DNA of 64,000 bases, from positions 62,001 to 126,000 of the forward strand of contig NC_045708.1 of assembly GCF_009834535.1 (NCBI RefSeq), given 5' to 3'. The DNA comes from Camelus ferus (taxonomy: Eukaryota). Below are positions 37,001 to 48,479 of the stretch, piece by piece. Position 1 is the stretch's first letter. Every line of letters begins with the position of its first letter. The notes under the pieces are model-generated. The model did not search any database, was not told where the DNA came from, and was given only the letters and a program-made list of their open reading frames with translations. Position numbers and translations under genes: made by a program.

Positions 37001-40000
37001 CCCGGCCCCTGGGGGGGGGGGGGCGGGAGCACTAAGGCTGCTCAGTGAACCTGGCCATTGACGAGGCCCCAGGACCTTGGTGGGACTCTAAGCATGTTGA
37101 AGGACCCTGGCGTTTCCTCAGATGGGCACACATGCATTGCTGGGCTGGGGGAGGGTAGCGGGTGGGGGGCCTCCAGAGCTGTGCATGAGGTCTTCAGGGG
37201 CTCCTCCTAACCCTTGAGGGGCCTTTCCTGTGGGCTGCTGGCTCAGCCCCCTCTGCCTCTCCCCACAGGCCCGCTGCCCGCCCCCCTTCATGTGCTCTGC
37301 CCCAGCCAGGCCGAGCTGGGCCGCTGGCTCTACCACCTGGAGAAGCAGATCGCACTTGTGGGAGGGCTGCCACGCTGCCAGTCAGTGCCACAGGTCAGTG
37401 CTGGGAGCCCCACTACCCCTTCCTACCCCACCCTCGTCCACCTGCCCCTCACCCCCTTCTGCCAGGGCCCCCCGGAGGATGAGCCCCCGTGGGCTCTGCA
37501 GCGCAGGTTGACCCAGCTGCGGACTGCGTCAGGGCACCAGGCAGTGGGCAGCGCCATCTGTGCCTCGAGGGTCAAGCTGCAGCATCTGCCCTCACAAGTG
37601 AGTGGGGGCACAGAGATGGGAGGAGATGGGGGAGGGGCGCACGCTGGGGGAGACCCTACTCTGCCGTTTGACCTCCTCACAGGAGCAATGGGACCGACTC
37701 CTGGTCCTGTACCCTACCTCCCTGGCCATTTTCTCTGAGGAAGCAGATGGGCTTTGCTTTAAGGTGGGTCCCGCCCACTGTGGACCCGCCCCGGGGAGGT
37801 GCACTGTGCGTGGGGGTGGGAGGGGGCAGCGGCTCAGGAGGAACCTGTATTTCGGGGCCTGTTGGGACAGAGAGCACCGGCCCCACCCATCCAGCCCGCT
37901 GCCCTGGTCAATCTGGTCTCAGCCCGATGTGAGCAAGTCGGGGCCCCTGCCTTGGCACCCCATAACATCCTAGAGGGTCCTCAGCCACCAGCAGACCCGT
38001 CACCTGGGGTGGGTGGCATGGGGGCCTCCAGTGCCCCTAAAAGGGGCCTGTACCTCTGAGCAGGCGTCTTTCTGGTGCCTGAGGGGCATGCGTGTGCGTA
38101 GGCATGGTGTGAGGGTCCTTTGGGGCTGGAGTTTCTGTCACGTGCACCACGGTACCCCCTAGCCTGGGGGTGATTGTAGCCTTCAGTCACTGAGAAACAC
38201 ATATGGGGGCTTCCTCGTGGTCCCTTCCCACCCACCCCTATTTTAGCATATGACCCAGGGGACCAGTCCCCATAAGCATCTGTCTATGTCAGCTGTTGGT
38301 GGCAACTGGGGGTGAAGATACCCCCCAGGACAGACAGGGAGTGCCCAGCCTCCCTCAGGATGTCAGCCTTGGTCTTGCCTTGCCCTCTGCCTGGCGTCTG
38401 GAAAGCAAGACGGTGCAGTGGGCACAGGCAGAGCCCCAGGGGTTGCTTCCCTGGCTAAGGCCCAGTCCCTGCTCCATGCCCCGCAGGGGGAGCTCCCGCT
38501 CAGTGCCATCCACGTCAACCTGGAGGAGAGGGGGAAGCAGATCCGCTCTTTCCTGATCGAAGGTGGGGGCCAGGCCGTGAGGGAGGGTGAGAGCCTGCTC
38601 GGTGCCCGGTTCTGCACTAGGGCCTTGCAGGAGGCCCTGCCCGCCAGGCCCCTGACGGCGTCTGTGCACCAGGCCGTCTCATCAATGCCATCCGTGTGGT
38701 CTGCGCCAGCTACGAGGATTACAGCCGCTGGCTGCTCTGCCTGCAGACGGTCTGCTGCAGGGGTGGGACCGCCCCAGGCCTGCGGGTGCCTGCACAGGTG
38801 AGGGGTCAGGTGGGGGTGGTGAAAACAGGAGGTTGGGTCTAGGCTTGGGTAGGTGGAGAGAGAGGGCCTGCCGTCTGGCTCATCCCTACCCTACCCTGCT
38901 GCCCAGGTTGTGGGCGGTGACCGAGGCTCACTCTCCTCCGACGGGCAGGCCAGCTGGGACTCAGGGTGCCTGGCAGCCCCCTCCACTCATGCCAGCCACG
39001 CCCTCCCTGGGTCAGTGCCGTCCACTGAAGGCTGCCCTGCCCAGCCTGCACCGGTGAGTGTCTGGGAGCAATGGGCAGAGAAAGGGGGTAAGGGACCATG
39101 AGGTAACTTTATGTTGGGGCCCATCCCAAGTAGGACCCTAGTTCCTCAGGGGAGACTAGACGGGGCTCCATGGAGCCTCAGAGGGTTTTGTGGGAGAGGG
39201 CCACGGGGAACATTCTGGAAGGTCCTTGGTCCCCACAGGAGCAAGCCAACTCAGGCTGCACCAGCGCCAGCGGGCAGAGGGCAAAGCTGAGACGGAACAG
39301 TGGCAGCCGATCACCCAGGAGCAAGGCCCGGGGCAAGGGGCCCAGCCCTGCCGTCCCGCTGCATCTGGACCTGACCAAGGTGAGCGGTGAGCCCAGGGCG
39401 CTGACCCCGGCTCCAGGCCTGGATCCCCTCCTGCCCCCCACCTCCCCGGCCTCTCTTGGTCCTGGAGCCTCCCAGAGGCCTCTTGCACAGAGAAGGGAGG
39501 GCTGGGCCACTTCCAGCTCCAGGAAACCTGTCTCTTCTGCGTCTTGCCTGTAGCTGAGCCTGGGGGAAAGCCCTGAGGCCCCAGACCACTCTCTGGAGAA
39601 ACCACACTCCCCCCTCTACGTTGATCCTTACACACCGCCTGCCACTTCCCACCACAAGATCACAGACGTCCGGGGCCTAGATGAGGTCAGTCCCTGCTGG
39701 GTGACAGGAAGAGCTGATGTGCCCACAGCCTGAGGTTGAAAGGATGCCCAAAGCCTGAGGTCTGCTCAGGCCATGACAGGAGGCTTAGGGGGTTTTGGGG
39801 GCAGGGACCCCTCAGCTACACGAAGGGCCCGGCCTGGGGCCTCAGTCACCAGCGCTCCCCGGCAGTTCCTCAGTGCGATGCAGAGCTCACTTGGACCTGA
39901 GCCCTCAAGCCCATTCCTCTCCGTCCCTGTGTCTGTGCCTGTCTCGGACGCCCGCTCGGGAGTCTCTGGCCCCCACTTGCTCTCCGAGAAGGGAACCCTG

Positions 40001-40586
40001 CAGTCCCGAGCCTCTCAGCGGCATCGCAGCTCCATCAAGGGCCAGGGGTCCCGGCCCCCAGACTCCCCTCAGCTTGTGAGTAGCAGCCCCACCCTGGGCA
40101 AGGCATTCTGTGGGGTAGAGGAAATAGTGCAGGTTGTCCCGGGACCCTGAGGGAGCAGGAAAGATGGAACCAGGAAGCAAGGCTGGGCAGAGACCAAGTC
40201 GCAGGGGCAGGAAGAGGGCAGTGGGGAAGAGGGAGGGCCATGAGGAAAAGGTGGGGGTGGGGTCTGGCAGGTTTTTGGGCTGGTCTCCAAGCCCCTTTCC
40301 CAGGGCCCATCTCTCAGACTTGTGGTTTGGGTCCCCAGGTCTCCCCTGCAACGGAAGTTTCACCCGACCCCCTGCCACCTCCCCCAGGTGAGTGGAGGCC
40401 CCTGCCTCTTTCTGGGAGAACTCCGGGTGTTGGTTCCCAAAGGCACATGCATCTCTGTCCTCCCCACCAGATGGCCGTCCCCCCAGGAGCTACGACAGCA
40501 TTTGGGACAAGGCTCTGTCCCCTTCCCACCAGCAGTGGTCTCGAGGAGCACCTCAGGCTGGAGGGGGGGTGGTCCAGTGGATCTGA
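33664..40586 (+). CDS. PLEKHN1: Pleckstrin homology domain-containing family N member 1, 605 aa
   Basis: 16 exons: 33664-33746, 33846-33945, 36488-36634, 36724-36804, 36901-36973, 37269-37393, 37466-37597, 37683-37763, 38487-38562, 38673-38797, 38907-39053, 39239-39379, 39554-39685, 39866-40075, 40339-40387, 40471-40586. Sum 1818 nt. MGNSHCIPQAPRRLRASFSRKPSLK start, GKVVHYAKVQLRFQHSQ, EQWDRLLVLYPTSLAIFSEE, end GGVVQWI. Confidence 0.94.
34001..34043. repeat. (TG)21 microsatellite in PLEKHN1 intron 2
   Basis: Perfect tg run, counted directly. Confidence 0.95.
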
Positions 40587-41104
40587 TGGCACCCAGGAGG
40601 CTGCTTCTCGGGACCACCTGCCAGCACCGACCCTGGAGGAGGGTCTGCCACAGGGCCGGGGTCTCTCTTTGTGGAGCCACAGGCATCTGATACCGAGTCA
40701 GGGTCTGACCCCAGCAGGGTAGAGGGAGTCTCCAGGACCCTGAGTGGCCCTGGGCTCTGGAGGGACCAGGAGGGTCTCACCCTGAGGCCGCCTTGGCCAA
40801 GGTGACTGGATGCCCATCGGGGCCGAACCTCGACCTGCCTCCCAGGGAAGGAAGGAGGGAGGGGACTTGGGCTGGGGCTTCTCCTGGGAGAGGGAGGATG
40901 GCACAGGTGTAAAGGTCAGAGGGCTGAGAAAGTCAGGTTAGCGAGGGTCAGAGTATGTGAGGTCAGAGGGCACAAGTGTCGGAGGTCAGCAAGATCTGAG
41001 ACATTTACAAGCAGAGGAAGGAGGGTCGCCTGGGTGCATGTGAGTGGGGGTGGGGCTGGTCTGGAGTAACTGGCAAGAGACTAAACAAGAAAGAAAGAGG
41101 AGAT

Positions 41105-41110
41105 TTTATT
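41105..41110 (-). terminator. PERM1 polyadenylation signal (AATAAA on the minus strand)
   Basis: tttatt on the plus strand, about 990 nt past the PERM1 stop. Confidence 0.7.
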
Positions 41111-42093
41111 GGGGCTGTGTGTCCACATGTTCTGTCCTCAGCAGCCAGGCATCTCCTGCATCCTGGGGACCTGTACACGCTGCCTCAGGGCTGGACGCCC
41201 ACTCAGCCCCTGCTGGGCAGTCCCCACTGCTCTACCACCACCAGTGCCCCTCCCACCTTCCTGTCCCACCTCTGGCTCCTCTCAGACCTGGGACAATCCC
41301 AGGTTCTAGTCCCTCCCCTGATACCCTTGCCTTCTGCCTCAGCACCTCCTCCAGGGCTACCCAGAGGAGGGGCTCCAGACTCGCCCTATGGACCCCCACC
41401 CTGCTGGGCCTCTGTAGGTACCTGCTCACCATCTCAGGCAGGAGCCAAGGAGGCCTTGACCATAGACCCCTGGGGTTCAGAGGTCAAAGAGGCCTCAGAG
41501 GCCTCTGCCAGCCCAGCCCACTTGTACACAAGGCAGAGCGTCCCTGGGACAGTGCCCCCCCCAACCCTTGAGGCCACGTAGCCTCCCTGCTCTCGCCCCC
41601 TGCTCAGACGTCCACCTGGGGCCTTGCCGCTGCTCTGAAGCCCTCTGAGCTCCGTCCAGCGCCCCGTCGTGCCCCCCCACCAACAGGAGAGCAATGTAGG
41701 GTCAGGACGCCAGTTAACTTTGGTTTCAGATAAACCACAAACAACTTCTTAGCATAAACACGTCTCAAATACTGCATGTCTGGGATTCCAGTTTCACTGG
41801 ATGCCCTGTGTTTTTATCTGCTAATCTGGCCACCTTACTAACCAGCTCCTTGCTTGGCCCCTACCCACCCAGCCTTCCAAAATCTCCCCACTCCCAGGTA
41901 TGGAGCACAGCCTTGGCCTGGGCCACTGGCTGGACTCTCAGGTGGCGTCCAGAGGGGCCAGGACCCAGGACACTGGCTCCTTCCTAGATGCCACAGAACC
42001 CATGGGTCAAAGGACAAGGCCTGAGGGCAGCACCTCATCCTTAGCACCCGTGCACGTCTCCTTGTTCTGTGTCTTCTGTGCCAAGTCTGGGTC

Positions 42094-45000
42094 CTAGGAG
42101 CTGGGGCTGGGGCTGGGGCTGGGGCTGGGGCGCTCTCGCCCCACCTGCCGGCGGAAGTATCGGATGGCAGAGATGGTGCCGATGTTGGCCAGCAGGACTG
42201 CAAGGGAAGCACAAGGCCTAGTGCAGGCTCCGTCCCATCCTGGCCACCACCTCCCACCTGCGTGGCCTGGCCCTCGAAGGATGGGAGGGGGATGGTGGGG
42301 CGGGGGTGGGTCCACAACACAGGAGAAAGGTCAGGGGAGAAACCTGTGCCTCCCCAGACCCCCTGCACCCCTGTGGGCCCAGCAGGTGGGACTGGACACC
42401 ACTGCCCCTCCATTTTGGCTTCTGGACACCGCCCACTCCCCCAGGGCCCGCAAACCTGTTTTCCAGGCGTCTGGGGCCTGCAGATCTGATGTTCTCACAG
42501 CCCAGGTAGCAAAGGCCACAAACACCAGGCACATGTCATTCTGGCTGAAGGTAAATGAGGTGAGGGGACTCCGGGGTTCCTCTAAAAGAGAAGCACGTCC
42601 TGAGCCTCTGCTGCCCTACTTGGACACACCCACCCTGGGACACAGCTGTCCTGGCCACGTCTGTCCTGAGTCACATCCTCCCCGTGGTACCTCTATCCCA
42701 AGTCACAGGGTAGTTAGTGTGTGGCCTAGTTGAGTCAGGCCAACTTGGGCACTACTTCCTGGTTTGAAAAATGTCTTCCAGAGGGAATGTGAAATGGAGT
42801 GTCTTGCGTGCCTGAGCTGGAGGCGTCCCAGCACCTGCCCTGCTACAGGCTGGGGGCAGGCGCTGCTGTTGTCTGGGGGTGATGGTCAGTGAGGAGCCAA
42901 AGCCCTGCCTGGCCTGGGCTGCCCCACCTAGACTGTGTCCTGGGATGGCCAGGAGCTGGTCCTTCTTTCCCAGATCATCCCAGAGGCCCCCCACCAGCTC
43001 ATGACCCGGGGTCCTGGCCTGCCCCTCCCCAGGGTCCTCTTGGCTGAACTCCCTGGACAGTGTGTTCCCAGGTCCTGGACAGGCCATGGGGCCCCTGCAA
43101 CACACACCTGCTTGCCTGATGGCCAGGTTGAGCTGCTCTGCCGTGGCTGGGTTAAGCTCTGGTGGGGTGCCAGTCCCCACTCCCCAGGAGACTGACCTGG
43201 GGGCCTCCATGGCCTGCATCTGGAGAAGGGCAGCAGGCCCCAGCACGCCCCCTGACCTGTCCTCCCCGAGGAAGTGTTCGTAGGCCTCAGGGATGGAGAT
43301 GGGCATGGGGTCTCCAGGTGGAGAGACTGGCACAGGCTCAGCTTGTAGGGGTGGGGCCAGGGAGTGGCCCTCCCGCCGACCTGACCTCTGGGCTCTGCAG
43401 TCCTGGAAGAAGAACTCGCACACCTCTGGCCACTGGACATCAGCCGGGGCCGGGCAAGCCTCTGCTGCCCCCTCGGCATCTTCATCCTCCTCATGGATCG
43501 TGTCACAGAGAAAGAACTCATAGGCTTCTGGGAGGGTCACCGCGAAGCAACTCCTGGGCCCAGGTCCCCCTGAGGCAGAGGGGGCAGGGGGAGGCAGGTG
43601 CTTCAGGATTCGAGGCTGGGGGGACCGGGGCCCAACTGCCACAGCATCCCAGGCTCCAGACCCCCTGCGGCCCCCAGCTGCTGTCCTGGGGGCTGTGGCT
43701 GGAGAGGGTGGGCTCGCGGCTTCTCCTGGCCCTGGTTCCTCAGGGCTGGGCCCAGCCATGGAGAATCGCACTTTCTTCTTCTTGGGGGCTTGGACAGGGC
43801 CTAGGTGGGGCTCCCCTGTGTGGTGTCCAGGGGCACCTGCTGAGGGCTCCTCTCCAAGCTTCTCTTGGTGCCCCCTTGGAGACTGAACAGGGTTCAAAAC
43901 CAGCTGGGCCACTGGGGCAACTTCCGCCTCCACCATGTCAGGCCCAGCCTGGGGAATGGGAGCAGGTGTGGACACCCCCACATCAGACCCAGCCTCAGAA
44001 ACAAGGTGAGGCAGAGCTGTACATGGTATAGTCTTTGAGACAGATGAAGATGAGTCCACCTCCAGCTTGACCTCTGGGTCTGGCATAAGCAGGTCCACAT
44101 CCAGTCTAGGCTTGGAGGCGGGTGTAGACAGAGGCAAGTCCGTTTGAGGCTGGGAGGCAGGTGTGGACAGAGGCAAGCCCGGTTGAGGCTGGGAGGCAGG
44201 TGTGGACAGAGGCAAGTCCGGTTGAGGCTGGGAGGCAGGTGTGGACAGAGGCAAGCCCGGTTGAGGCTGGGAGGCAGGTCTGGACAGAGCCACGTCTGAC
44301 TTAGCCACTGAGACGTCTAGAGGAGCCTTGAGGTCACGCAGTGACACAGTGTATGGCTCAGCTCGGGGGGTTATTTTGAGTAGGTTTGCACCTGGCTCAG
44401 TGGCAAGGACAGGTGTAGACAGGTCCACACCTGGACCTTGCCTGCCCACCTGCTCAGGGGCTCCTGCAGACTCTGGCCTCAGCTTGATCTGCCTGGCTCC
44501 TGCTGTCTGCTCTACCATCCCAGCCGGGAGACCCTTCCCCCTGGTCCCAGCCGGGCTGAGGCCCTCCTCGGGCCTGGCCTCAGTGAGCAGGGGGCCGCCC
44601 AGCGGAGGGAGAGCAGAGCCTGGGGAGCTCGAGGGCCCACTGCCCTTGCCGCCTGCAGCGCGCCTCTTCTTTCGGCTGGGGCTCCGTGGCGGGGCTCCAG
44701 GGCTGCCATGGGGCCTCTGGGGGACAGCACTGCGGCCAGGGGACTCTGAGCTCCGAGGAGGCTCAACAGTGGAAGTTGGGGCAGTGCCCCGGGGGGCTGG
44801 CTCCTGCATGAGCCTCTGCATCTCGTCTCTGGAAGACACTGGGAGGGAGGCGCTCTGGACGGGAGGGGCAGCACCAGAGCCAAGGGGCAGCCAGGCTTCT
44901 GACCGTGTGGACGTGCTGGGTGTCTGCTCACCGGCCCCCAGGGCCAGGACAGGCTCATGCCAAGACCTGCTGACCAGCTGTCGGGTGGCTGCCTTGTCCT

Positions 45001-45229
45001 CCTCCTCCAAGCCGGGCCAGCCACTGCCCCTGGGAGCCAGCTGCCCCTCGAGAAGGGGCGGGGGCCCAGGGGGACTGCTGCCACTGCTATCCCGTTGGTC
45101 AGTGTCACTGGACAAGACCTCATCCCCAGAGGCCAGGCCGGCATGCAGGAGGCCACACTCTTCGGCAGCGGCCGAAAACTCAGCCCAGTCCTGGTCACTC
45201 AGCTGGACACTGTACTGGAAGTTCTCCAT
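42094..45229 (-). CDS. PERM1: PGC-1 and ERR-induced regulator in muscle protein 1, 783 aa
   Basis: Coding exons 43108-45229, 42456-42581, 42094-42197; sum 2352 nt, GT-AG, phases close. Start MENFQYSVQLSDQDWAEFS; hydrophobic C-terminal segment SQNDMCLVFVAFATWAVRTSD; LLANIGTISAIRYFRRQV. The 825-aa track ORF reads past the 43108 donor into the intron. Confidence 0.95.
44115..44289. repeat. 39-bp coding tandem repeat in PERM1, 4 full copies plus a partial copy
   Basis: Unit ggaggcaggtgtggacagaggcaag(c/t)ccggttgaggctg encodes (S)QPQP(G/D)LPLSTPA. Confidence 0.92.
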
Positions 45230-46366
45230 TTCGGGTCAGCAGAGGCACATGAGCCACAGAACTAGGGTCTTCACAGACCCAGGCCCGGGGCCCCAGCCGG
45301 CACACGCTGCCACCACCCTGCTCGCCCCATGGGGTGTCCCCCCACTGCCTGGCTCAGGGGCCAGCACTCCACCTCCATCCTGAAAGAAAGCAGAACAAAC
45401 CAGGAATCCAGAGGGAAGCTGGGCTGATCTCAAACCTGATTGCTTCCTCGAGTCAGAACGTCGACGACTCCCACTTTCCCTGTTCCCAAACTGACTGCAA
45501 ATGCTAACGTCACAATGACATATTGCTGCAGTCCTGCAACCAAACACGGCTTTAGATTAGTGAAGTCTGCTGAGAAATAGGGTTCCTCATGTCTGAGCTG
45601 TCTTCCCCAGGAGGAGCTTTTCTTCCCCAACTTCGTGCACTTTCTGTTCAGCCGGGGCAGCCTCACATCCTCCAACTTCCCTCCAGAGCCATCGGTTCCA
45701 AGGCCAACCTTATCCAGCAAAGCCCATTTCAAGAACCACCCCTCAGAAGTCAGTTCAGCTGGGGGATGGTCATCCCTGGACTGTCCCAACATACCCCCAG
45801 CCATGGGGGGCAGGCTACAGTGTTCAGCAGGTGACCAGACTTTGGTGGTGACCTTCCGCCAGCCTTGGCTGGGACAGGCTGCTGAGCTTCCTCTGAGCTG
45901 ACCAAGGTCGTGCTGGTGCTGGCCGGGGCCAACTCGAGGGTCATCAGGGAGAGCCTGGCTCTTCCCAGGCCCAGGCAAGAGGTCCCAGGACAGAAATGGG
46001 CCCCCTGATTCCCCCCGGCCCCTTAGGGCCATCCTCAGGGTCTGTGCCCCTGACCCAGCCCTGCCCAGCTGGCAAAGCCCCCCTTCCCTTGGTCTCAGGG
46101 AACCAAGGCAACCCTACCTGGCTGAGAGCCCCTAACCTCTCAGCCCCTATGCCCTTTGGCCTTTGGTCAGCTGCCACTGGACCCAGGGAGGTGGGAGATT
46201 GCTCTGGCCAGGCTAGTCCTGAGATGGAGAGGCCTCGAGACCAGGGCACTGGGGCTTCCTGACTCGTTGAACTTTGTTCTCCTCTCTGGTCCTAGGGGAG
46301 TTCCCTATGGGTGCTGTCTGCTTTGGGAACCCTTAGGGTGGGAATGAGGGGCTGGCCGTACCATAC

Positions 46367-46480
46367 CTGGGACCCCACAGCCAGCTGGGGTAGCGGAGCT
46401 GGGCGTCCAAGCTGCCTGTCCCAGAGCGGCATGGTGCTGGCTTCACCACACAGGCCCCACCCCCATTGCCAAAAATACTC
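46367..46480 (-). promoter_or_regulatory. Candidate PERM1 first exon and core promoter
   Basis: Minus-strand donor CAG|GTATGG at 46367/46366; AT-rich MEF2/TATA-like ccaaaaatac at 46469-46478; matching acceptor ttctttcag|G at 45379, 150 nt above the PERM1 ATG. The transcription start is inferred, not observed. Confidence 0.55.
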
Positions 46481-47284
46481 CAGCCCTGTGGTCACATGTG
46501 TCCTGCCAGGAGTCAGGGTCCAGGCCACAAATAGATGGCATTTGAGGAGCTTCCAGCTACGTGAGGGACACCTTCCTGGGCAGGTCAGGTGCCAGTCAGA
46601 GAATGCTGACCAGCAGTCAGGACCGCAGGCGCCTCCCTTTCCCAAGCTGAAGGCTACTCTGCCATCCATCTTGGCAGCAGCCTGCCCTTTTCTCTTAAAG
46701 TGATCCCGCTCACTGTGAAAACTCAGACCCCGACTCCTCCCATCACCTCTCCTGCTAGCAGCGCCCCCGAGACCAGGCCAGGCCCTTCGGGGTCTTAGGG
46801 CTTTACCCTGACACCTGTGGGGAACAGAGACAGCTACAGAGTGATGAGCTGGGAAATGACTGGTTCTGGAATGTCCCTAGAGGTCATGGATGTGGCCACT
46901 GCTGACCTGGGTCAGGGCTTGGGCTTCCCTGGTCCGGCCCCTCCCCCTGGCAGCACTGTTGAACCTGCCAGTGGGGCTTGGGAGACAAGTGGGGGCCTTG
47001 AGGGCTCTCCGGGGAGGACACTCACATGGATGCGGGCCTCTGGAGAGGGTTGAGAGGGGTCAGGTCACTCCTGCCAGCATCTCTCCTGACCTAGGCTCCT
47101 GCAGATGGAGCCCAAGGTAGGGGTGGCAACACAGCCTGTCCCTCCAGGAAACGGGGTCTGCTGCTGCCACCCCAGGTCACCAGGAGAAAACATGCAGGAG
47201 ACATGGCCTCTGAGAACAACAGCCCCTTGCAGTCCCCCTGAGCACTTCTCCAAAACACGTCCATCCTGAGATGGATGCCAGGAG

Positions 47285-47400
47285 GACCCAGTTTCATAGT
47301 TGAGCCTGGTAAGGCACAGAGAGGGTGAGTGACTTGTGCACAGCCACACAGCTAGGAAGTGGCAGAGTTGGGCCCCAAAGCCCCTGCTCTGAGCCATCCT
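47285..47400 (-). mobile_element. MIR SINE remnant
   Basis: aggcacagagagggtgagtgacttgtgcacagccacacagctaggaagtggcagag matches the recalled MIR core (gaggcacagagaggttaagtgacttgcccaaggtcacacagctagtaagtggcagag). Confidence 0.8.
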
Positions 47401-47839
47401 ACTTTTGGGGCTGGGGTCTGGCCTCCTGCTGGGGGACAGAGGAGGGAGTAGGGGAGTCAGACAACAAACATCTAAACTAGCAGGTAAATAAGGTCACTTC
47501 TGACAGCAGCACAGGACGTAGAGAGGGGAGGAGGGTGGCCTCTGAGGGAGTCTGGGGGACGAGACTGGGTGGGCTGGGGACCATGAGGGCCAAGGCCTCG
47601 TGGGGAAGGGGAGCGAGGTTAGGAGGCCGCCTTAGCTGCCCTGGACACCCCAGGTGGTGAGCCTGGCCAGGGAGGGAGCTTCACATAAATGGCGGAAAAC
47701 CCAGGTTCCTTCCTGTGTCCCTCCTGCAAGCCTCCTTTACTATTCACACAAAACTGCACCCTGGTCACCCAATGTGGGGGGTGGGGCATTCCCACAGCAG
47801 GCAATTGGGTGACAGCTGGGTGTCCCACAGGTTAACTCC

Positions 47840-48370
47840 ATTCTGACACTGTCTGGAGATGGTGTCAGATCCCACAGGCTGGGGGCTCAGTCCCACAGAC
47901 TGCCTCCCACTACAGATGCCGGTCGCAAGTAGCAGGTCCCCAGGTCACCCACTTGGCTTCTGTCTGACTTGGCTACAAACTGGAGGTCCCCACGACCCCC
48001 TGCCCCTGGAATTAAATTACTTTGCTAGAGCACCTCCCAGAACTCAGGGAAACATTTACCAGTTTATTAGGAAAGGGTACAATGAGGGATACCCTCACCG
48101 GCACCACCACACGAGCACCAAGTGGGATTTCTTGGAGGCTTCCTCACACAGGCAGGATCAATTATTAACCCCATTTTCAGCCCCTCTCCCTTCTCAATGG
48201 CACGGGGGTGGGGCTGAAAATTCCAAGTCTGATCAGACTTGGTCTTTCTGGCGACCAGCCCCTCCCCAGGAGCCTCATCAGAGCAGAAGAGGGGGAAGAG
48301 GCCCCTCACCAGGAGGAAATTCCCGGGGAGCTAGGGGCTCTGTGCCAGCACCCGGGGCAGAGACCAGTGC
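47840..48370. mobile_element. MER21-like endogenous retrovirus solo LTR
   Basis: tctgacactgtctggagatggtgtcagatcccacagg...gggctcagtcccacagactgcc, ttgctagagc...cagaactcagggaaaca and ggctgaaaattccaa resemble the recalled MER21 consensus; subfamily uncertain. Confidence 0.6.
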
Positions 48371-48479
48371 AGATGCTGTCCCCTAGTCGTCTCACAGTCT
48401 GCCCCCCACCCCCACCATCAGGCTCTGGCGTCAGCGGCTGGGGTCTCGCTGGTCAGCTTCCGCTGAGGGTGGTCCATGT

